Shown in pieces: positions 36,546-44,727 of a stretch of 46,927 nucleotides of DNA. The translations under genes were made by a program, and so were the position numbers. The number at the start of each line of letters is the position of its first letter. The stretch's first letter is position 1. The DNA comes from a virus (Duplodnaviria; Caudoviricetes): IMG/VR virus record IMGVR_UViG_3300012664_000274, positions 1 through 46,927 of that record. The stretch is one strand, 5' to 3'. The notes beneath the pieces are model-generated. The model was not told where the DNA came from. It made no database searches and saw only the letters and a list, made by a program, of their open reading frames with translations.

Positions 36546-37887
36546 AACCCTTCAACGCATTATATGCTTGTTCTTGACTTTTTACTGCTTGCGCATAGCC
36601 ATGAATTTTAGATGGGTCTTTTCCTGGAGAACCAGCATTGACGATACTACGACAGTTGCCCCAATCTAATTTGTCAGCCCATGCATTGACGTTTGTACGC
36701 TTAAAATAATAGCAAGCAGTTTCAATGGCAATATTTTTGTCTTTTGCAACTTGATCTGGACTTGTTACTAGTCTATCGTCACCATAAATTGACTTTGACG
36801 CACGAAGATAGTTTTCTTTAAACGTCAATTGGATTAAACCACGTCCACGATATTTCCAACCATCACCTGGCTGTGGATCTAATAATTTACGACCAACCAT
36901 GTAGATAATATTTGCGATTTTCTCAGGTTGACGTTGAACTTTTACAGCATCTTCATATGTTGGGAAACGAATACGACCTGGATTTAAATTATTAAACAAG
37001 TAGTCAGCATTATAATTTAAGTTTTCTTCTAATGTGGTCCAATTTGTCTCAGTTTTACAGTTACCAATGAATGCAGCCACACGTTCAGGTGTAGTAATAT
37101 TGTATTTAGGTAACATTTCATACATTGCATCAAACCAAGTACCAGCAGCTTGTCCACCAGCAGCAATTAATTTTGCTTTAGTAAAGTTGAATGTGAAACC
37201 ACGCGTTGGAGCCTCGCTTGGAGCTTTTTCAGCCGCAGGATTTGATGAAGGCGCGACTGGTGCAGTAGGTTTTTCAACTGGGATCTGATATGTGCCATCT
37301 GGATTTGGAACACTCTCAACGTTAGGTACTGTTTTACACAAATCGCTCACTAAATTTTCTAGTGTTGCGGCTTGAATAAGTTCTTGCGTCTTTTGGAATG
37401 TTGTACTAACATTACCTAACAATTGATCCATTTGTGCGAAGATGTCTTTACCACCTTGTACTGTTGTACCTTTTGGTTTTGGAATCTTGTCAATCGTCTT
37501 ATCAAGATCTGGTACAGTTGGCCCAAATTGTTCTTTTAACTGTTTTACCTTTGCAGCGTATTGTTCAGGTGTCAAATTTGGAAGATTAGCTAATTCTTGT
37601 TGCAAATTTGTAGCAATTGGTGCTTTTTCATTCACCTCTGCCAATTTTGCTTTTACTGTGGCCGCAATAGAGCTAACATCGCCAAGAGATTCTAATCCAC
37701 CCTTTAGTTTGTCTTTTAAACTATCAATTCCTGCCATAGCTTCTTCTAATGCAGCGTTCACACCACATGGAGAAATGCCAGGCACAGTTGGTAATTCAAC
37801 TGTTGGAAGTGTTGGCGTCAAATCGTCGAGATTTGGTAATTTAGGAGGAATATTTTGTAAATCTGGTACTGTAACTTCGAAAGCCAT
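36544..37887 (-). CDS. Putative tail-associated lysin: N-terminal Pro-rich/helical region plus C-terminal GH19 domain
   Basis: AAFIGNCKTET...LEENLNY...IANIIY...GDGWKYRGRGLIQLT.K.NY is the phage GH19 signature; located between gp5 and gp25. Confidence 0.82.
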   Translation of the reverse strand: MAFEVTVPDLQNIPPKLPNLDDLTPTLPTVELPTVPGISPCGVNAALEEAMAGIDSLKDKLKGGLESLGDVSSIAATVKAKLAEVNEKAPIATNLQQELANLPNLTPEQYAAKVKQLKEQFGPTVPDLDKTIDKIPKPKGTTVQGGKDIFAQMDQLLGNVSTTFQKTQELIQAATLENLVSDLCKTVPNVESVPNPDGTYQIPVEKPTAPVAPSSNPAAEKAPSEAPTRGFTFNFTKAKLIAAGGQAAGTWFDAMYEMLPKYNITTPERVAAFIGNCKTETNWTTLEENLNYNADYLFNNLNPGRIRFPTYEDAVKVQRQPEKIANIIYMVGRKLLDPQPGDGWKYRGRGLIQLTFKENYLRASKSIYGDDRLVTSPDQVAKDKNIAIETACYYFKRTNVNAWADKLDWGNCRSIVNAGSPGKDPSKIHGYAQAVKSQEQAYNALKG

Positions 37888-37890
37888 ATA

Positions 37891-39177
37891 TTAATCCAAT
37901 GCAATTGAACCAGCAGTGACTTGGAATTTAGATCCTGAAGTCATTGTAGTAGATGTTGATTCTGTTGTTAATGCTGCACCAGTTTTAACAGCGATTGCAC
38001 CACTAACATCCATAGAAAGCGTTGCATTACACTTCAATTTCCAATCAGCTTGTGAATTAAATTCTAATCCCGACGTTGAAGTTAATGTTTGTGATGCATT
38101 TGTAGAAATAGTTTGATCACCAGTTGAGAAAATTGATAATGTGTCCATATGAATCATATCAGTTGCACCTGTTACAGACAGTGATGACTTACCACCAATC
38201 GATTCAGTCTTATCTACGCCAATCAATAATTGTTGATTTTTACCAACACGTGTTAGGAAGTCTTCTTTAACGTTTAAGTTAAAGTTACCAACGACTTCAA
38301 ACGCATCATTCTTTGTGACTTTTGTATTTCTATTTCCATGAACTTTAAGATTATAATCACCACCAACTTCCATAGTATAGTCACCTTTGATTAGATGACG
38401 CATATTACCTTCTACAGTGATGGTTTGATTACCACGAATCAGAATACTTTCATCATGAATGACAATTTCATAATTATCACCTGAAATTTTAGTTAATTTA
38501 TCACCATCTGGGAAAATTTCATAGAATGTGCCGCCTGGGTGATATTCTACAATGCGAGGATTGCCATTTGTATCATCATATTCGCGAACAATTCCAGATT
38601 CAGTCTCATATACGTGTACAAATGGATATGAACCTGCAACTCCGCGACGTGGTTCTGGTTCATCCCAAGTTTCACGAGTTTCTTCTTTAGCAGTTGCAGA
38701 AACAGTTGCTAAGTTAGGCGCTGTAGCTTTTTCAATGCCTTTTACCATTTCACCATATCTTGAAAAATATGATTGGTGCGCTTTCCATTCTCCACGAGCA
38801 ACTTTGCTCACATCAGTTTCATTGTACCAACGTGGATATCGACCTTCATAGTCTTTAAATGCTGTACGTTCACTTGATTGTTGTGTTGGTTTACCATGAA
38901 TTGATCCCATAACAATAGGATCTTGGCAATTATCACCATCAGCAAAGAAACCAACAACCCATGAACCTTCAACTAAACCAGTTGGAGAATGACCAACACC
39001 TGAAATAGATGCTGATGTTGGAGGCATCATTACATGTGCCCATGGTAAATCACCGACAGTGATCTTGTTTAAATCATCAGTATGTAAACCAAAAATGCGT
39101 ACACGCACACGACCCAACTCTTGTGGATCATCTCTGGCCTCAACTACGCCAGTAAACCAATTCATATAATTTTTCAT
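37891..39177 (-). CDS. gp5: Baseplate hub/central spike gp5 (no internal lysozyme domain)
   Basis: WFTGVVE.R.DP..LGRVRVR..GLH, LPWA, G.WV.GFF.DG OB-fold; YP..HV.ETESG...EYDDT; C-terminal VxGN beta-helix repeats. Confidence 0.9.
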   Translation of the reverse strand: MKNYMNWFTGVVEARDDPQELGRVRVRIFGLHTDDLNKITVGDLPWAHVMMPPTSASISGVGHSPTGLVEGSWVVGFFADGDNCQDPIVMGSIHGKPTQQSSERTAFKDYEGRYPRWYNETDVSKVARGEWKAHQSYFSRYGEMVKGIEKATAPNLATVSATAKEETRETWDEPEPRRGVAGSYPFVHVYETESGIVREYDDTNGNPRIVEYHPGGTFYEIFPDGDKLTKISGDNYEIVIHDESILIRGNQTITVEGNMRHLIKGDYTMEVGGDYNLKVHGNRNTKVTKNDAFEVVGNFNLNVKEDFLTRVGKNQQLLIGVDKTESIGGKSSLSVTGATDMIHMDTLSIFSTGDQTISTNASQTLTSTSGLEFNSQADWKLKCNATLSMDVSGAIAVKTGAALTTESTSTTMTSGSKFQVTAGSIALD

Positions 39178-40433
39178 CTACGTACCTTAGGCTTTTTACC
39201 AATAGAATCGCGAACGCAATCCATAATAATACTATACTTACCATCAATCAACTTGTGATGCACATTCATTACTAGATATTTTCCAGAAATGTACTCGTTT
39301 GCATCCTTAGTATTACCACGAATAGATGGACGATCACGATCAACTTCAAATTCAATAATTTTACCTGGCGTTAAATCGATTCTACCACGAACAACCATAT
39401 TCATCTTAGTCATTGATAGACCATAAATGAATGGATCAGTTTCTAGTTTAGTAAATTCAACTTCATTATTGTAGTTATTAACTCCATCAATTGCAAATGC
39501 ATTTGAATTTTTATTTGCAAGATGGTGGATCGCATCATACTTGTTCAATGATTTTTCATGCACTTTAAAATTATCATTGATGAATGGTTGCTTATCTAGG
39601 TGTGGCTTTTTATCAAAATTATCAAGGCAGTCATACTTAATAAATTTGTATGAGCGTGATCCAATATCAACTGTGTGCATTGCGGAACCAAATGTGCCGC
39701 GTAACGCATTCTTGTATGTGTTTGAATAATCTTTTAAATCATATTCGATCGCAACATTAAATGATGCTTCTAATTGTTCGCTATCATTCTTCGCTGCAGT
39801 TCCACCTTTATGCACAAATTTATTATACACTGGTTTATTAAACATCGTTGTGTATGATTCTAAAATAAAACCATCATTGAATGTTTCATAAAATGCAAAT
39901 GGAGTTTGTCTTGTGTCCATTGATCTGCGAGTTAACCAATCGATTGCCTGGAATGGATTCCAGTTTGGAATGATTACACGATAATTGCCATTAGTTTCTT
40001 CAAGGGTTTTAACTTTACCCTTTAGGTAATCACGTACGATACCATCAATAGCTTTAGAGAATTTACCGCTATATGCTTGGGAAACCAATGTCAAACTATT
40101 CATTAATTGCTCAGGTGTAATTAACTTAAGCGTGTACATTGCTGCTTGGTTATTTGCACGAATGTAGTTTTCAACTGCACCAACATAAAATACTTTAGTA
40201 AGTTTCTTCCCACCTTCAACCAATTTGATAGTGATCTTCTCTTGACCTAAAATTGGTGCTGATTCTAGAAAGTTGGCAGCATCCATAATACCAAGTTCAA
40301 CCTTAATATATGGTGACATTAGTGATTCATAAATGTCAATAGAAATGACAAGATCCTTCATTTCTAAGGATTCACCTGTAGACGACTCTAACATAATAGA
40401 GTCGATTGAATAATCAAATTTACCTAATGACAT
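39174..40433 (-). CDS. Putative baseplate hub protein (gp27-like)
   Basis: IDIYESL.SP, P..GQEKI.I, IPNW.P..AI.WL, FYET..GF, SGKYLV..V.H; located between gp53 and gp5. Confidence 0.6.
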   Translation of the reverse strand: MSLGKFDYSIDSIMLESSTGESLEMKDLVISIDIYESLMSPYIKVELGIMDAANFLESAPILGQEKITIKLVEGGKKLTKVFYVGAVENYIRANNQAAMYTLKLITPEQLMNSLTLVSQAYSGKFSKAIDGIVRDYLKGKVKTLEETNGNYRVIIPNWNPFQAIDWLTRRSMDTRQTPFAFYETFNDGFILESYTTMFNKPVYNKFVHKGGTAAKNDSEQLEASFNVAIEYDLKDYSNTYKNALRGTFGSAMHTVDIGSRSYKFIKYDCLDNFDKKPHLDKQPFINDNFKVHEKSLNKYDAIHHLANKNSNAFAIDGVNNYNNEVEFTKLETDPFIYGLSMTKMNMVVRGRIDLTPGKIIEFEVDRDRPSIRGNTKDANEYISGKYLVMNVHHKLIDGKYSIIMDCVRDSIGKKPKVRR

Positions 40434-41188
40434 TATGCTTGTTCTGGATTAATTTGGTTGAAAAATTCTGCTGCAACTTTGGCAATATATTGTGGCTTGA
40501 TGACTTGAATAATTGCTTTGTCATCGTTTAACGTACGTTCATATTCTTCATTAGATACTGGCAATGCACCGCTATCATAACGACCAACTACATTACCGCT
40601 TACATCTTCAAAATGATGGACGACATCTTTATATGGACGTTGACCACTAATCGTGATAGTAGAACCTGAAGTTAAACCAATAACAAGTTCATCATCTCTG
40701 AATTGACCTGTAATGTTGTCGATGCGAATAACACCAGTGTTGCTATCCTTTTCAATTAATCGTGCACGAGCACCAGATTGTGTACCACTAATAATTTCAT
40801 TTTGCACAAATGATGTTGAAAAATCATTAATGATAGTTGTATTACCAATCACAGCAGTTTTGTTTGTTGTTAATGCATAACCTTCATACTTAACACTGAT
40901 CATATTTTCAAATTCTAGTGTCGATAAAGGCCAGTCAGCAAATGCATTAACTAGATTCTCGTTGACCATGAAAAATGTCCAATAATAATCTACTGTGTTA
41001 TACAGTTTCATTGACACGTGATCTGGTCTTTCGCCATCTTGAATTGTATATGATGTGTATAAAATTATGTTATCGCGTGTCTCAGGTTTTAATCTGACTG
41101 CTCTAAAGATATTAGTGACTTCAATAGGTTTACCATTGGCATTAATATCATAGAGGATTGTTGGGAATCCTTGGAAGTAATATGACAT
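40433..41188 (-). CDS. gp53: Baseplate wedge subunit gp53
   Basis: YF..FP.I.Y, Y.IQDGERPD.VS.KLY....YYW, WPLS, SN.EYE...ND.K..I; probable start at 41188. Confidence 0.85.
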   Translation of the reverse strand: MSYYFQGFPTILYDINANGKPIEVTNIFRAVRLKPETRDNIILYTSYTIQDGERPDHVSMKLYNTVDYYWTFFMVNENLVNAFADWPLSTLEFENMISVKYEGYALTTNKTAVIGNTTIINDFSTSFVQNEIISGTQSGARARLIEKDSNTGVIRIDNITGQFRDDELVIGLTSGSTITISGQRPYKDVVHHFEDVSGNVVGRYDSGALPVSNEEYERTLNDDKAIIQVIKPQYIAKVAAEFFNQINPEQA

Positions 41189-41189
41189 A

Positions 41190-42074
41190 TTAAACTTTCT
41201 TTTCCACAATCAAGTTTCTGTTGATTGCTTTTGATTCTTGGAATGTTAATGCCAAATCGATTTCAGATGGCATACCATCATCAAAGAATGATGGCGATGT
41301 TGAATTGTAATTGACAGTAACTGCTGTTAAGTATGATTCCATAATACGAATCAAATGTTTGTTCTCACGACCATTTGTCATGTATGTAATCTTGAAAAGA
41401 TCAGGGAACAAGAACGTTGACATATTAACAGTCTCTGTGCCAGTACTTGGAGTTGCAAGTTCAGGATATGCACATACACGGAAGAACTTAACAATCGCAA
41501 TACATTCCTCAGCTTCTTTTCTAGAACGAGGGAACATCTTGAAGTTAAACTGGAACTGACGTAATGCAGGTGCCTTGAATAACATTTGTGTATGTGGGTT
41601 TACAACTTCACCACGTTCAATAGTTGCTTGAGCTGCTGCACCACCTAACATGCCTTTAGATTGTGATGCATTAGCAACAGCAGATGCAACAGCTGTTTGC
41701 ATAATGCCTTTAGATTGATCTTTAAGAGTACCTGCAGCTTCACCAAATGAACCAGCAGAACCACCTGCTTTCATGAGTTCACCGCCAGCACCAGTGTCAG
41801 CATTATCATATGATAGTGTATCTGCCACAGTTAAGTTCGCTGGCATATATAAAGTTACAGATCCAAGTGCTTGCGATGCATATTTAGCAACACGAAAATC
41901 TAATACACTACTCTTTTTCATGCGACCAATAGCTTCGAACTTAATTACGTTCTGGTGATTTGCACCATCTGGCAAATAACGCAGATGATTCTTTGCACCA
42001 AGCGCATTGATCGGCAACATGCTTGATATTGACTTTGTAGCAAAGTCTTTGATTGATGATAGGTTGAATGGCAT
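41190..42074 (-). CDS. gp48: Baseplate tail-tube cap gp48-like
   Basis: LYMP, NP....LF..P.LR.F.F.FK..PRS..EA.....IVK.FR, P..F.I.Y, L.FQE; probable start MPFNLSS at 42074. Confidence 0.8.
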   Translation of the reverse strand: MPFNLSSIKDFATKSISSMLPINALGAKNHLRYLPDGANHQNVIKFEAIGRMKKSSVLDFRVAKYASQALGSVTLYMPANLTVADTLSYDNADTGAGGELMKAGGSAGSFGEAAGTLKDQSKGIMQTAVASAVANASQSKGMLGGAAAQATIERGEVVNPHTQMLFKAPALRQFQFNFKMFPRSRKEAEECIAIVKFFRVCAYPELATPSTGTETVNMSTFLFPDLFKITYMTNGRENKHLIRIMESYLTAVTVNYNSTSPSFFDDGMPSEIDLALTFQESKAINRNLIVEKKV

Positions 42075-42088
42075 GAAAAATCTCTTTT

Positions 42089-42114
42089 TATAGATACTGA
42101 CTCTCTTATTTATA
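42089..42114. promoter_or_regulatory. Late promoters at the divergence point: TATAAATA (minus, 42107-42114) and variant TATAGATA (plus, 42089-42096)
   Basis: Both motifs lie in the short gap between the divergently transcribed gp48 and gp4. Confidence 0.65.
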
Positions 42115-42557
42115 TGGCAACTTATCAAGGTTTTTTCCGTCCAAAAAATCCAGCGAAGTATGACGGCGACTTCAAAAACATAGTTTATAGATCACATTGG
42201 GAATTGCAATGTATGCGATGGTGTGATGCAAATGATCAGGTATTAAAATGGTCTAGCGAGGAAGTGGTAGTCCCGTACTATTATCCTCTTGACAAGAAAT
42301 ATCATCGTTATTTCATTGACTTGAAATTTACCACTGCACAAGGCACATTCCTTGTTGAAATTAAACCTAAAAAGCAAACGATGCCTCCAAAGAAACCAAG
42401 TAGACAAACTAAAAAGTACTTGGAAGAATCCCGCACATACGTTAAAAATCAATGTAAGTGGCAAGCAGCAGATGTGTATGCTAAGGATAGAGGATGGAAG
42501 TTTGTTATATGGACTGAGGACACCATTAAATCCATGGGTATTAAATTATTGACATAA
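42114..42557 (+). CDS. gp4: Head completion protein gp4
   Basis: Y.G.F.PKNP.KY.GD...IVYRS.WE, W.SEE...PY, HRYF.D, EIKP..QT..P, N..KW.AA, TE. Confidence 0.92.
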   Translation: MATYQGFFRPKNPAKYDGDFKNIVYRSHWELQCMRWCDANDQVLKWSSEEVVVPYYYPLDKKYHRYFIDLKFTTAQGTFLVEIKPKKQTMPPKKPSRQTKKYLEESRTYVKNQCKWQAADVYAKDRGWKFVIWTEDTIKSMGIKLLT

Positions 42558-42560
42558 ATA
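42553..42560 (+). promoter_or_regulatory. Late-promoter variant CATAAATA
   Basis: One mismatch to consensus, 5 nt upstream of the gp2 ATG. Confidence 0.55.
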
Positions 42561-42565
42561 GAAGT

Positions 42566-43156
42566 ATGGCTACTACTTCATATTTCGACAAAGTGCGTTT
42601 AGATAATAATATTGCTGCGCGCACTAATGCATCTCATAGATGGTTCGCTCAAAAGGTTAAATCCTTAGGCGGAAACATTAAAGCTATGGACATGCTAAAG
42701 GATCCACACTTCTTAAAGAAGACATCCTTTAAACCAGGTTTCATGTACCATTTCATCTACGATGCTAAAAACAAAGAAACTCTGCCACATTGGGACAAAT
42801 TCCCATTAATGTTGGCAGTTGGTCCAGCACCTGGTGGTTTCTATGGTCTCAATCTGCATTATCTTTATCCACAAGCTCGTGCTAAATTCTTGGACAAACT
42901 AATCGAGAATACAAACAACGACAAGTGGGACGAAACTACACGCATTCGTTTGAACTATAATATGTTGTCGTCGGTCAGTAAATTAAAAGCCTTCGCGCCA
43001 TGCTTTAAACATTACTTGTTTGAGCATGTCAAATCACGTATTATGTTAGTACCATCATCAGATTGGGAATTGGCATTATTCTTGCCAACTGAGAATTTTG
43101 TCGGTGATAAGAAGCGTAATGTTTGGAAGCAATCCAAAAATAGTATCACAGGATAA
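42566..43156 (+). CDS. gp2: DNA end protector protein gp2
   Basis: G.MY.F.YDAK.K.TLP.WD.FPL, GF.GLNLHYL....R, K.YL..HV.S, W..A..LP.E.F. Confidence 0.92.
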   Translation: MATTSYFDKVRLDNNIAARTNASHRWFAQKVKSLGGNIKAMDMLKDPHFLKKTSFKPGFMYHFIYDAKNKETLPHWDKFPLMLAVGPAPGGFYGLNLHYLYPQARAKFLDKLIENTNNDKWDETTRIRLNYNMLSSVSKLKAFAPCFKHYLFEHVKSRIMLVPSSDWELALFLPTENFVGDKKRNVWKQSKNSITG

Positions 43157-43159
43157 TAC

Positions 43160-43798
43160 ATGGAAATCGACAAGTTTAAATCTGTACTAAGCAAACGAGG
43201 AGGTCTTGCACCTAGCAATCGTTTTGCTGTATACATGGCACTACCTTTAATTAGCTTTGACCCGCAAAATTTAATTGCAAGGGCTTTAGGTCAAGGTACC
43301 AAGCAGCCATTCGTAAATGACCCACGAGATGTCTCTATCCTATGCGATAGCGTATCTTTACCAGGTCGTCAAATATCAACTAATGACTTTATGACATCTC
43401 TTACACCAAAGAAGATGCCATACAATTACATCAATGATGATGTGACTATGTCATTCCACATTACAAATGACCATTTCATGAAGAAGTACTTCGAGAACTG
43501 GTTTAATCGTATGTTTGATCGCCGTAATGGTGTCATGAAATATAAGTCTGATTACACAACTGATGTAATCATTCAGCAACTAGATCAACGAGATGTGCCT
43601 GTTTATACATGTACATTGAGAAACGCATTCCCAACAACAATCACTGGGTATGAATTGTCTAATGCTTCTGAGAACACAACTCAGAAAATGTCTATTACCT
43701 TATCTTATGACGATTGGTCAGAAGAAGGTTTCGTAGAATCTGTACTATCGAAAGGCAAGGTCCTTCTTGGTTCTGTCGGTCGTACATTTGGTTTTTAA
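43160..43798 (+). CDS. gp54: Baseplate tail-tube initiator gp54-like (gp19 fold)
   Basis: GGLA..NRF.V, C.SV.LPGR, YFE.W, Y..DY...V.I.QLD, L.NAFP, L.Y..W. Confidence 0.72.
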   Translation: MEIDKFKSVLSKRGGLAPSNRFAVYMALPLISFDPQNLIARALGQGTKQPFVNDPRDVSILCDSVSLPGRQISTNDFMTSLTPKKMPYNYINDDVTMSFHITNDHFMKKYFENWFNRMFDRRNGVMKYKSDYTTDVIIQQLDQRDVPVYTCTLRNAFPTTITGYELSNASENTTQKMSITLSYDDWSEEGFVESVLSKGKVLLGSVGRTFGF

Positions 43799-43814
43799 TT
43801 TATAGGAGTATATT

Positions 43815-44528
43815 ATGTCTTTACCAATTATTATTAACACAGCGAAGTTTGAAGTGGAGCTTCCATTAAGTAAGCGTACAGTTGAGTACCGTCCTTACTT
43901 AGTCAAGGAAGAAAAGATTCTTATGATGGCCATGGAGTCACGCGATGAAAAGCAGATTCTAAAGGCCACGCAAGATATTATCGAGGCATGTACCTTTAAT
44001 AAGGTTGATGCCCGTAAACTCCCAACTGCTGAACTAGAATTGCTTTTCCTTAAGCTACGTTCTAAGTCAGTTGGTGAATCAACAACAGTTGGTTATAAGT
44101 GCAAGTCATGTGAAGTAGAACATGAGATTACAGTTAATCTGGACGAGGTAACAATTGACACAAGCAAGGTTGCCAATCCAAAGGTTATGCTTACAGATGA
44201 TGTTGGTGTTATGCTTAAGTACCCAACGACGGCAGACATTAACAAGATCATTGCAACTAAAACTGACTCAGAGGTAACAGCAACATTTGGCATTATTGTA
44301 TCATGTATTGATGCAATATTTGATGCTGATAATGTCTATGAAGCCTCTACATTAGAGCGTAAGGATATCGATCAGTTTGTTGAATCTTTGAATTCACAAC
44401 AGTTCGATAAAATTAAGAATTTCTTTGAAGGTATCCCTAAGTTGAAGAAGGATGTATCTTTCGATTGTACAGCATGTGGCACACACAATGATGTTATTCT
44501 CGAGGGTTTGCAGAATTTTTTCGTCTAA
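43815..44528 (+). CDS. gp26: Baseplate hub subunit/assembly chaperone gp26
   Basis: LP, YRPYLVKEEKIL.MA.ES, FL.LRSKSVGE, CxxC twice, QF.KI..FF...PKL, LEGLQNFF; AGGAG Shine-Dalgarno. Confidence 0.88.
   Translation: MSLPIIINTAKFEVELPLSKRTVEYRPYLVKEEKILMMAMESRDEKQILKATQDIIEACTFNKVDARKLPTAELELLFLKLRSKSVGESTTVGYKCKSCEVEHEITVNLDEVTIDTSKVANPKVMLTDDVGVMLKYPTTADINKIIATKTDSEVTATFGIIVSCIDAIFDADNVYEASTLERKDIDQFVESLNSQQFDKIKNFFEGIPKLKKDVSFDCTACGTHNDVILEGLQNFFV
44516..44522 (+). other. Candidate -1 programmed ribosomal frameshift site T TTT TTC
   Basis: In-frame X XXY YYZ heptamer one sense codon before the gp26 stop; the -1 frame is open to 44719. Confidence 0.6.
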
Positions 44529-44719
44529 GTCTCTCTCACGATAATTTGGCCAATCATTATACGGCCAATTTTATCATGATGCAACATCACAAGTATAGTC
44601 TAACTGAGCTTGATCATATGTTGCCGTGGGAGAGAGAAATTTATGTTGCGTTGTTGATTGAACACATCAAAGAAGAAAACGAGCGAATCAAAGCTCTTAA
44701 CAATAAGTACAAAAGATAG
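44522..44719 (+). CDS. Small baseplate hub assembly protein (gp51-like; not in ORF track), possibly expressed as a gp26 frameshift fusion
   Basis: The -1 frame reads RLSLSHDNLANHYTANFIMMQHHKYSLTELDHMLPWEREIYVALLIEHIKEENERIKALNNKYKR*. First ATG at 44576, TTG at 44546, neither with a clear Shine-Dalgarno. Confidence 0.78.
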   Translation, partial: RLSLSHDNLANHYTANFIMMQHHKYSLTELDHMLPWEREIYVALLIEHIKEENERIKALNNKYKR

Positions 44720-44727
44720 GTACATAA

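Noticed and set aside
42114-42557. TnsA-like transposon endonuclease
   Set aside because: The fold is shared with T4 gp4; sequence and position beside gp2 and gp48 identify it as head completion protein.
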